NCBI RefSeq assembly: GCF_000181795.1
Contig: NW_003526945.1
Coordinates: 1,106,591 to 1,170,590 of the forward strand
Origin: Trichinella spiralis
Taxonomy: Eukaryota
Length of the DNA stretch: 64,000 nucleotides
Direction of reading: 5' to 3'
This document shows positions 13,578-25,700 of the stretch, one piece after another; the stretch's first letter is position 1; the number at the start of each line of letters is the position of its first letter. The position numbers and the translations under genes were made by a program. The notes beneath the pieces were generated by a model. The model was not told the origin of the DNA. It ran no database searches and worked only from the letters and a program-made list of their open reading frames with translations.

Positions 13578-14818
13578 TAAATTCTGAAATTTCAAATAAT
13601 TTATTTACATCATCTGCAAGTAAAAAGGTAATACTTTGAACTGTCAAGCGTTATTAAGTTAGCAAACAATAAACAAAACGCAATATTAAAGAAAAATTTC
13701 CACGCCATCTTCCAGCACACAAATCTTTTGCTACTTTTCAAAAAAAAATAATAATGAGAACAAATATTCTTCAAGTAAATGCAAACCCAAGTAAAATACC
13801 AATTAATAAATCGAAAGAACGGAAAAAAGAATGATAAAAGACAATTTTGATTGGCAATTTAATTTGATCGAAATGATACAGCAAATTAAAGATAAAATTT
13901 TGGAACATTTTCATTTTATGTCAACAAATTTTAATTAACAATACAATATTTGAATGAAATGGTTGTAAAAGCGACTTGATCAGTTTGTACGATATTACAA
14001 CTAACTGTTATAGTTGTTATACATACACATCTATATATGCATTTACATGTATGAATTAGTAAACGTTGAAACAATTATAAACAAAGTAAAGAATAAAACA
14101 AAAATTTGCAAACAAAGTGCCAAAACCAAACCTCTATAACGCCGGCTGTTTCTAAAGCTATACCGGTTTATCCTAAAACTGTTCGAAATTTAAAAGGCTA
14201 TTTACAATTGCTGCTAGTAGACGCCGTCACTGTACGCGGTAGTCATAAGAATAAATATACTGTTGAATAGGCCAAACATCGAAACTTATTTTATTTATAT
14301 ATATAGTATTTCGAACATGTGAAATATATCTATCAAGTTACAAAAAAAAGAAGAAAAAAAGAATTTTCAACGAAAATCATTAAGAAAGTTAAGAGTACGG
14401 TAAAATGTTGAGTTATGCAGGTACAATTTGGCAATAATTTCATAATCTCGCTCAAATCTTTTGATAACAATAATTAATCATTGGCAATGAACAAATTATC
14501 ATTACACGATAATTTAAAAAAGATATAGAAATTTTGAAAAAAATTAGTGCTACATTGAAAAATAAATTTTTATCGTCGTTCAACAAAACAGCTGTCCAAC
14601 ATGACAGACCAGGTGGGGATGGACGGATGAGTTGGACGAAAGTAACAGACAAAAAATAAAGTAGGAATTTGGCTGTATGAATAAGAAGAAATAACGAGTT
14701 ATAGTGGGTGTGGCAAATTGTCGGAAAAGATGAATTTCACAAGTAGACAGACAGACAGACAGACAGACACAATTTGTTGTTGCACAGCAAAAGCGGTCCG
14801 TCACCAATCAGTCTCAGA

Positions 14819-15421
14819 TTAGCAAAAATACTGGCCGCAGTGACCGCAGCGTCCGCCGCCACCACCGTTGCCGGTACGGCTTGGCTTGACAGTATCCGGG
14901 GAACCGTGGTTCTTTGGAAACAGAGTACGTTTCGCCAATTGTCGAGACTGAATTTTGTCGCCTGCCTTTCTTCCACTGGGTGGTCGATTGATCAAAAAGT
15001 CGATACACTGTTTGGCCGCTTCGATTCTCCAAGCGGAGACATTTTCGTAATCCACGACAGACAGGTCGGCACGTAAAGACGATGCATCCACACCATTCAG
15101 CCGGATTTTGCATCCAGAAAATTGTTCTATCGCTCGGACAGTGAAACCGCCGGGACCGATTATTTTTCTGGCATTGTTCAACGTACGCTTGTCGACTCCG
15201 TTGAACGTTTTCGTAAAGTAGCGGTTCACAACTGCTCCAGACGGTCGAGGTGGCGATGGAATATTCTTGAACATCTGCAGCAAAAATTCGTCTTCCGAGC
15301 ACCCCGGCAAAATCTTCTGTTCAGGCATGCCGACCAGCAATTTCTCGTCCACCATTTCCAAAAGCGCTTCTTCGCCCTGTTTCAGCAAAGCACTGTCGAG
15401 TAACTCTCGGTCGGAGCTCAT
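14819..15421 (-). CDS. Divergent STAR/GSG-family (QKI/GLD-1/SF1-like) KH-QUA2 RNA-binding protein, intronless CDS
   Basis: KIIGPGGFTVRAIEQFSGCKIRLNG...LSVVDYENVSAWRIEAAKQCIDFLI..P....DKIQSRQL matches the STAR pattern [25 protein letters not shown]...ITVED..NRA..KL..A...LL.P..GED.LK..QL. The GxxG loop is present. Confidence 0.8.
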   Translation of the reverse strand: MSSDRELLDSALLKQGEEALLEMVDEKLLVGMPEQKILPGCSEDEFLLQMFKNIPSPPRPSGAVVNRYFTKTFNGVDKRTLNNARKIIGPGGFTVRAIEQFSGCKIRLNGVDASSLRADLSVVDYENVSAWRIEAAKQCIDFLINRPPSGRKAGDKIQSRQLAKRTLFPKNHGSPDTVKPSRTGNGGGGGRCGHCGQYFC

Positions 15422-15767
15422 GTCGGTAATGTTCGTCTCAAAACTAGCAATTTTCGTCGCTTCGTTCGATAAACCAATACAATAAATATATCTATCACTT
15501 TCAACTTACGGTGATCAGTTTAAACAAAATTCGTCCACAACATTTTAAAGTAAAATTTCAACTGTAAAATTTCTATCTTTTTTAAACAACATTTTCACCC
15601 AGTAAACGAACTACAGCTAGTGAAAAATAGTATTCCATCAATTTTCATTTGATTTTACTTTTCATTGTGAAATTTTGAATAGAGAAAAAAAATTGAACAA
15701 AAATAAAAGCAAAAAAAACACCATATATATAACACAGAGTAAATACGAAAAATAATTGTATGTTTGT

Positions 15768-16206
15768 TTAATTGGCTTGTTCATCAGCATCATCTTGTGG
15801 CAGGATTTGCGTGTTTTCAACAGTCGACGACAATTCCAATTCAATCATCTCCTTTTCGAACAATTCAAGCTGCTTATGAAGCGAGTGACCGAACGTGGAA
15901 ATTAACTTGTTCGCATAATCAGCACCACAAGCTAAAGAAACAAAGCATTCGACATTCACTTCAAAACAAACAAGCAATCAATCAATCAATCAATATACAA
16001 ATCAAATATTATCGTTAATATAAATAGAACAATTCAAATAGAACTGAAGTGCTGAATTGAAAAAAAAATATATGTATGTATATAAAAGAAAATAACTTGC
16101 CTGCCATTTCAGACAACTGCGCATTCATGTACTTGAGTTTGGATGTGATACGTTCCACAAGAATCGTCTGCTTGAACAAATCTTCAGTCGTGTTGTTGTC
16201 TTCCAT
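15768..16206 (-). CDS. Small (~89 aa) helical/coiled-coil protein of unknown function; exons 16206-16101 and 15931-15768
   Basis: Two coding-like ORF pieces join in frame via CAG|GCAAGT ... tttctttag| (phase 1, GC-AG intron). Confidence 0.6.
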
Positions 16207-16764
16207 TATCGTTAGCTTTTCCTATTTATTTACAATGCGCAGTTGAAAGGATAAAATAAGACATGAATATGAAATAAAATGCAACTCAATACGCAATGAT
16301 TCTATAATGCTCATTATATGTACAATGAACAACAACTGGCAAAAAAAACAGAAAATGATAATAATAATTTATTTACAAATAAGCAAATAATACAAATAAA
16401 TATACACAGCAATTCATTCATTATTAGTCAGTGTTGCAACCGGTGTATCTCTGAAAGAAACATATCAGTAGCTCGCGTAAATGAAGCAGATTCACAAACA
16501 AAGAAGAAAACACCAATATACAATATATACAGCATTTAAAGGGTAATTTTCAAAATCCCTGAGATGCATGGAAATGGAAAAGGAGACCAGCTCGTTTAGG
16601 ACAAGTAGAAGAGAAACAACACGCGCGCGATTCGACGAACACGTGCAATAAACGATTTTCTTATTCATCATTTCCATGTACACCTAATGAATGAATGAAT
16701 GAATGAATAATACATTCCAGCCCGAAAAACACCGACAACAAGAATCGTAAAATTGTATGAAAAA

Positions 16765-19700
16765 TTAAAAATTCTTTCTACTGCGCCCACCACGACGACC
16801 CCTCCCCGTAGTAGTAGTATTTTTTCGATGAGACGGCGACGACGGTTGCAGTGATGACGCTGCTGCTGACGTTCTTTGTTCTTTCCGTCGTTTCGATGTC
16901 TCAGCAGTATCAATTTCTTGTTCAGACGATCTGTGGGACGACGTAACACCACTTGCATCAGTATTTGCTGGTAAGTTTGCTTGTGACGACGAGTGGTCAC
17001 CAGCGTCACAGGCTGAGAAGAAAAAAAAAAGGTAACAAATCACCACCACCATCACCACCAAAATAATAAGTAATACAACATTGTTGATTATTAAAAATCA
17101 ATTTTCTACTTACTGCTTGCCAACTTACCGGTAATAGAAGCAGGCTCGGCTGGCGGTGTTTCACAGACATTGTCGGCTACTGATAATGATGACGCATTGC
17201 CAGCAACAGCACCGCCGGTTGAACACATCGGCATGCTCCGTTCGGTTTTTTCACGAATCTGAACATCACACATGAACGAACAAACGGTTTAACCGTAATC
17301 AACCGAACAAAATGCGCCATACTTTGGTCACCGGACCGTACGATGTGCCACTGCTCAGTTTGGCCGCCTTCTCCGGTTTGACATTTTTTCTTCGGAACAG
17401 CCAGACCGCTTGCGAGCCACCTTCAGGCAAAATGAACTGCTCCCTCAATTCGAGATTCGTTCTACCTTTTGCTAAACGAAAAAAAATCCACATCGAACAA
17501 CAACACAACGTTTTTTTTAAATAAATTCTCTTTTCTTTGTCAACTGTCTGGTCAACTGCGCGCGTGTAATTTTTTCTTACCTCTGCAAGGGTCATTTTTG
17601 CTCATAAACTCTTGAAAAGTTTGCCACCCACCGCCAACCCGAACCATCACTGTAGAACGGTAAATTCGAACCAACTTCAATCGTTCACCCAACTGAAAAA
17701 GTAAACCAAAAAAGTTTGAGCAATCAAAACTGAAGAAATAATTGAATTCTCTTCTCGTTCAATAAAAAATAAAAACATAACATACCCTGTAACAACGACC
17801 GGGACGAACTTCCTCCACTCGGTATTTCTGCTTGCAACTGCACAAGTTCAGTTGCTTGGCAATTTCTTCCGTTATTCTCTTGTCATCGGTGAAATGTTCC
17901 GAATCTGCCCTCAGGGCGTGCAAAAATTCGGTCATATCCACAAAGCCGTCTTGATTGCGGTCAATTGCCTCGACCACAAGGTCCATTTCGGCTTTGCTGG
18001 TCTTGAAGCGCGAATTCAAAATTGCGTCTCGGAATTGGTCGCAAGTGAGACGGCCGTCCCCGTCGCAATCGTATCGCTTAAAAAGATCGACAGCACGACA
18101 TTTTCGTTCCGCCATCCAGCGGACGTAGCGACGCCGCCAATCTTCAAAGGAAAAACCAGTGAGCTGCTTCATCTCGATAATATAATGTAGCCGTTCATTA
18201 AGCAGGTTTTTATAAGAAATGCAGCTCAGCCAGAGTTTCCTCCAGGCGGCCACCAGCTGAGCCGTTCTGGCGTTCTTGGGGCGACTAGCAGCTGCGCCGG
18301 GGGTGACCAGTCCCAGTTGTTCAGCTTCGACGGTTCTAAAATCGGCCGTCGCCTCGTCGACTTCGCGCTGACGTTCCTGAAGCGACACTTCAAACATTAG
18401 CTGACTTTCGATCAGTTCGACAATCTTCCTGTGCTGCTCATCCAACACATCTGCGGTGCCGGGAGTGTAGCTGGGCAAGTTGTCCTGCAGCGAGTCGATT
18501 TTCGCTTGCATTTTCTGTACCCAGTCGAGCAGCAATTTCAAATCCACGTCCAACTGCTTTTCCTGGTCCAAATCGGACTTCAAGCGCAACAAACGCTGCT
18601 TCACCATCTGCAATGTCTGGGCGTAGCGGGCTTCGAGCGCCGTCAAGCACCGTTCGAGAGGTTTCTCCGCCTTCGGGTGACAAACGGCCCGTATTCGCCT
18701 GCCGAGCTCCAGCACCTCGTCGACCGAACCCCTTTTGCAGTCGATCTCCTCGATCAAGTGTTCCAAAGCGGCAATTCGACGCTCGCAATTCTGCTCGGTC
18801 GGCCGGGCCCGCGTCTCCGCCTGAGCAAGCCATTCGAACAAAGCGCCGCAGTCGGTTTTCAACCGCTCGGCGTCCGCTCGACTTTTGCACAACGCCGCTT
18901 GTCGTTGGTCGACCAGCCGACTGACCGTATCCCACAATTCGAGCATCACGTCAACTTTTTTAGCGATCGAATCCGACAACTGCTGCTGCTGCTGCCGTTG
19001 CTCATTGGTCGACGAACATTCATGTCGCATACCCCTTATCGAAGCGATGCTGGATTCGCGGCTCTGCAAGCCGGACCGCAACGTTTGCAACCGCTCGTCG
19101 AGCTCGAGCAGCGTGTCGACGTCGCCACCGACCCGCTCGTCGTCGCCCAACAGCTCTTCGGCCTGACGAAGCCAAACCATCAACACGTCGACCGCCTCTT
19201 CGAGCTGACCGTTGAACAGCAACGCCTGTTCGAGCCGAGCCTGACGTTCGAGCAAGGCGCCATTCAAGCCGTTCCACTTGTCACGGGCAGCATTGACCGC
19301 GTCGCCAATCACCTGCTGCTCTTCGGCAATAGCGTGCTCGCGCAGTTGCCTGCCTTGGGCAGCGATTCGATCCAAATCGGCCGACAAAGCGCTCAACTGG
19401 CCCTGGAACATCGACAGCTGATCCAACGCCTGGACGAGGTGTTCGACGCTGAATCCACCACCACCACCAGGCGACAAGTGCTGCTGCACCAACAACTGCT
19501 GGAATTGGTCTTGCAGCTCGTCGAACTTGCAATTCAGCTGTTCGAGTTGGTCGAAGAACGACGTGCACGAGCGGGAAACAGTATCCAACTGCTTGGACCG
19601 ATCGGCGGCGCGCGTCAAGATCTTCGACCAGCTGGTCAACATCGTCGCCAGCTGATTCTTAATTAGTGTCGCGTCCGGTCGGCGACACGTGTACTTCATA

Positions 19701-22700
19701 CGTGTGCCGCAGCTGTCGAGCGTCAACATCTGCTGACGACGAGTATCAATTTCTTCGCAAAAAGTTAGATGCTGCTCCATTTGGGTCTTCAATTTCGCTT
19801 TCAGTCTAGAGGCGGGCTCCAAATTATTTAAATAATGCTCGGCCCGTTGTTGCCAGCACGAACATTCCGTCACCAACGAGTCGAACTCGATCGCTTGTTT
19901 CAAAGCCCGTTCCAACTTTTGGCTGTGCTCTTCGACGCGTTTCTGCAACAATTTCCAACGCGTCTCGAATGCTTGGACTTCGGCGAACAGCGGCGACTGC
20001 AGTGCGCTATTGTCTCGCGTGTAATCAAGTGCATCGACGATCGCACTGTCGATCGTGCTTTTCTTAGACGCGACGTCGGCAACAATCAGCTACAGAATAG
20101 AAAGAAGAAAAAAAAATAATAATCATACACCAATACCACTAACTACTAAACACGCGCGCGTACTTGGAATTTTTCCAACTGCTCTTTCGCTGTGTCCGGC
20201 AATCCGCCCACATGACGCCCGTTGGAAATGGCACTTTCCACGTCAGACATCCACACTTGCCATTCGACAAACATGTCCAAAAATCGAAACGTCTCCTGTT
20301 TGCTATATTCGAGCTCGGATAATTTGACATCTATACTAGCCATCAACGCGTCCCATTTCGACTGCATGATTTCAACTTTCTCCGCCATCGACGACTGCTC
20401 GGACGATTGGTCAGGGTGAAATTGACGGTTTCGCGTCACCGCGTCGGTCACTTCGGCCACAGTTGCGCGATGAGCCGCAACATCATTCGCAATAGCTCGC
20501 AGCACAGCGAGCTGCAGGTCGACGCTTTTAATATCGCCTGGACTGCAGCGCAACTCGTGCACCGTGCCCGTCGTCTTCTCTATCCAATTAATCATCTGAT
20601 CGAGAGCGACTTGCGCGCAGCCGACCTGCAGCAGCGCCTTTTCCAAATCTTGATGTCGACTGGACGCGATCGAATACAGCAGTTTCAAATGGCTGCTGAT
20701 TGTTTCGTATGCATGACGCGCGTACGAGACGTCCGTCGCCGGCGAACCACTGCAGAACGTTTCGCAGAGCTGTTTCAACTGTTCCACAAGTACCGTGACA
20801 GCATCGAGTTGATCTTTTAAGCACAACACTTCCTGAAATTGTTCATTCAACTGTTCCAACTGGTCACTGATGTCTTGGAAGCTGTTAATTTGATCTTCCA
20901 CGTTTTTCAACATTAGTAATATATGCTGAAGAAAAAAAAATCAACAATAAAAATAGACGGATACATTCATTCACATGAATGAATACAACAAATATATATA
21001 TACTCAACATACATCCGATAATAGAGTCATCGAATCCGCCTTGGCCAATTTGTATTCGATCTCTTGATCACGCTTGTTCAACAAATCCGTAATCCGCTGA
21101 TTAGTTGTTTTCAGTTGCCTTACTGTTTCCACAACGTTCGACTTGAATTCATCGCCCACCAGCTTCAGCAGCTGATTACCAAGTTTCTCACAACCTTCGG
21201 CACTGGCTTGTTTGTCACTGAACTGTGCCTTCATGCGGATTAACTGGTCGCGCATATCGACCAGACAAAGAGCCTCACAAGTCGCCGACTCGGAACTGGA
21301 CAACTGCGACTCTATGGGTTTCCATTTTTCCATGCAAGCAGCGTACAAATTCCAAAACGACCCCGCAACGCGCAACGTCTCGTGCAATTTATAAGTGTGA
21401 CTGGTGATAATATTCAACAATTCCGTTGACAACAACTCGATCAAATCTGCTTTGTCAGACAACATTTTCACTTCGTCATCACAATCGATTCCTCCGACGG
21501 ACGGCCTTTCCATTCCGTTAATCAGAGAATGGCAAAGGGATTGTTTTCTTTCCAAATCTTTTACCAATGCCATATTTTCCTCAATTTGTCTACTTAACAA
21601 TTCTGGCCTGTCGGATATTCGACTGCAGATTGAATTAAAGCGTTCTTTACAATCATTCAGTGATTCCATGATGCCATCCAACTGATATATCACTTTGCCG
21701 CTGTGCACCTGGGTCCTTTCTATCACGTCGGCTCGCATCTTGAACGTGTTTTTCAAATTTTCATAACGCGACGTCAACTGGCTAGTCAGTTTAGCAATTC
21801 GTGCAGCATCTTCTGCACACGCTAACTTTTTCACCTCCAATCGATATTTTTCTAACTTTTCCACCATGATATAACCGTCAGAAATGTTTTTCCATATCCT
21901 CTGAAACGAAACAAAAAAAGTGTCACAAAATAATAAGCAAATCCACGCACGCTGCGCGGGGGCACACATACTTTATTCACTTCCACAATATCGTGCATGC
22001 CATCGTCTTGCAAAAGATGCATACATTCAACTTCACTTTCTTCCGACGTCAGCCAAGCGTCCAACTCTTTGTAAGCTTCGTCGAAGCAGGTTATCGTCGC
22101 CACAAGTTCTTCCAGATGTTCCAACAGACTGCAACTGCAATCAGTTACAGCGTCTGACAATGCTCGCAATTTCTATAACAAAAAATGAATTACACAAACA
22201 TCAACACAGCAACAAGTTGTAAAAATAAAATAATCTCAAACAACAGCACGACAACATCGTATGCATACCTCCATTTTTTCGACGAGGAACTGCCTATCGT
22301 CCGGGTTAAGTAATTTCGACACTTTGTTCCCCAGCAGCAGTATATCATTAGCCCTGGTCCTTTGAGAAAAGATGTCAGCCTGCAACGTGCGATGTCTTTC
22401 CAGTGTGTCGCGGGCAATATTCAAATCGGCCGAAAAGACCGCGCACTGTTTAATTTTCTTTTCAACGGGTTCTAGCCAGTCGATCAAACCGTCCAACGCA
22501 GCCATGACCTGTTGTGCATCAAGACAATTTTTAATGAAACAACCAGTGCGAGCAAAAATTCCAATGCTACATGTATAAATATAAATAAATATATATATAT
22601 ATACCCGTTGCCATTCTTCTTTCGCTGTGGAAGAGCGTTCGCACAACTGTTCAAGCTGTTCGCAAACGTTCGAATAACGAGACTTGATTCGGGAACTTAT

Positions 22701-25700
22701 TCGGCAAATCTCTGCTTTACCTTCGCTAGAGCAAAAGTCGTTTAATTTATCGCCCATTGTGGCCATTTTTTCCATCAATTCACGCATTTCAGTGGTATCG
22801 CTCTCAATATTCTACAAAATGAAACAGAAAATCAAACAGAATTATTATCGGTGGTAACGGATTCAAATTTTTCCATCTGATGGGAAAGAAAATCCGTTTT
22901 TTTCAGGAAGAGAGAAAAAAATTAACAATACAAAGAAAACAAACAACAGACGACCGACTCACATTAATCAACTCCAACTGATGACAAATGGATACTTCAT
23001 CTATCTGAACCAGATCCTCTTCTACGGCCGACAACCATTCAGACATAGTAGTATGAGCAGCTGAAAATTCCCATGCTGCAGAAAAAGCGTCCTGCAGTAC
23101 TAGCATCCGCTCGTCCGCAGTATCGCTCAATTCTGCGTATCGAAGGTGCAACAATTCAAGCCTGTGCTGAATTGTTTCCGCTTCGTCGTCAGGCATGTTT
23201 TTGCACATTTCATGTCCAAATTCCATCAATTTTGCTACACGAATTTGAAACTGTGAAATTTCTTCAGCGATGCTCTAGAACAAAAATGTATACCATATTT
23301 TTGTTTTGTTCCACGAATAAACAAACAAACAAGAAACAATACTTCCACACAAATAAATAATACTAACAATAACAATCAAATTACCATAATTTGTTGACTT
23401 TGTTTCGACAATACATCGACTTGAATATCATCAATCGAAGGAACTGAATTCAAGCGTTCAGCTAAATCATCGAGCCAGGAGTCAACATCATCTATACGCT
23501 CTGTCAGCGATAAGACGCCCTGCTTCATTTCAGAAAGCAATTCGGACAGATTTTCAACCGTAGAATACAACTTTTGATATCGGTTCGAGTGACTGGACAT
23601 CTGCTCGCCAACAATAGCTGCTTCCGAATCACACAACAGATTTTGAAACTGCTGACCAAAATGCATCACTTTCTCCAAGTGATTACCGCTTTCTTCAAAT
23701 TCTTTCTCCAAAACCTTAAAATTAAAAAACATTACATTAAAACAATCCATTCACTGCGTACAATTCTGCCTACCTTTAATTTTTCAAACTGCTTGGTGAT
23801 CGAATCCTCTTCAGTAGTAACGTAACCAATGTCATTAACTCGGGCTTCGGTAGCCTGCAACCAATCGGCCAGCACAGTGAAATAATTGTTCCAACTACAA
23901 GCAATCTCAAATGCAACTTTCAAAATCGACATTCGAGATTCTTGATCATTTTTCATGGCGGAAAATCTGTGAAAAAAAACACATGCAATAAGAAGAACAT
24001 GCACAACTGATATTATTCATCACTTACCGCCTATCGATGTCTTGAACATCACGGGCCAGCTTACTGCCGGCCGGTGGAGAACATGCCTTTGAAATTTCTT
24101 CCCAAAATAACGATTTATCATCCAATAATTTTCTCAACAACTGCAACACAATCGCATGTGTTATCATGAACAACAACAGTTTAACAAAAACGGCTTACTT
24201 CCTGCTCCCGCAGCTGAGATTCTATGACCACAGGATTGGATGAGAAAACTTTCTGATCGCGAATCAACAATTCAGTGTTACGTAACCATTCTTCCATATT
24301 TTTCAAATTTTCCAAAAAATTTGTCAAACTAGATCGAGCTTCTTCCAACTGCCTTTCCTTGGACTCGATCTAAACACACGACAAGCGGAATAGATGAAAT
24401 AAATAATAATAAAATAGTGCATTTTTATTTTTGTATTATTGTTCACAGCTTTTTCAATACTCGATTCGAAAAGTCTTTCACACGTCTGCGCAATGCTTGC
24501 GTCATTGTTTCCAGTTCTTCCTTCATGGAAGTTTCCAATACGGCATTCGACATATACGGTATGGAACTATCGACGATCGCCAACGCAGAGCTCGTCACAG
24601 ATTCCGAGCTGTGTTTCGTTTCCTTAATACCATAACCATAATAAGAAATATGACTAATATGACAGACAAAAAGTCGAAACAGTTTTTACTTTACCTGAAT
24701 TTTGAGAAGCAAATTTTCAATTTCTTCCATGTCGTACGGAACTGCTGCTTTGCTGTTCAACAATGCATCACTGCATAGATGCTTCAATAGTCTCAAATGC
24801 TTGATCAATTGTTGTCGGACATCTTTGCTGCCGGCTACCAATTGTTGAAGACTTTTACACTTTTCCTCCAAATTCTTGCCGGCCAGTTGCAAACGAGCCA
24901 AAGTTTGGTCGATTAATTTCTGACAATCGTCGGCTTCTTTGTCAAAATGCATTTGACGCAAAGGTCCACAACATTTCCGAATGCAATCTTCCACTTTTTG
25001 CTTTGAAGCAGAAAGCGATCGTTCCAATGAATTGGCCTTTTTCATAGTCAGAACTGCACAGCCGGTACCAGTAATAATAGTACTAGTTCCATCGGTGCTG
25101 TCGATCTCCTGCTCCGTTGACAACGCTTTTTCCACCTCTTCCAAATTCTCCAAAGCGGACTTGACAGCGCTGTCGACCGTAGCACAGTGGTTTTCGACTT
25201 GTTGGAGCTTATTCATATAATTACGCACACAGTTCTCGAATGATATACTTTTCTGCTGAAACTGTTCCACCATTTTCGCCTGCCGTGCGTGCGGTATTGG
25301 AAAGTCGTGTCCAACGGACGGAGAGCAGAGTCGTTTCAATTCTGCCAGCTTTTGAGTAAACAAATCATGAGATTCCCGAGCAATTTCACGCAAAGCTGCC
25401 AAATCACATCTAGTGCTGCTCTTCTGTTCGTCTTGCAATGCGGTAAGACGAGCGTTGAAATCGGCGTAACTTTCGTTCGCTTCTGCAAGCAGGCTGTCGA
25501 ATTTCGACACAACTTGTCGACACTGTTCGACCGCGTGCAACTTTTCTAAGCAACTAGTGCGCACCATCTCGAACCTTTCAAGAACAACGTTGCAACGGTC
25601 GTTCATCTGCTGCTGGTGGTCGGTGGATGTCGTTTCGATCAGACGTTCGGTCAACAATTTCAGCTGAGTTACATTCATTTTTTCATAGTCAATCTGTTGC

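Noticed and set aside
18431..19666. 411-aa plus-strand ORF
   Set aside because: Antisense shadow of the spectrin-repeat exon.
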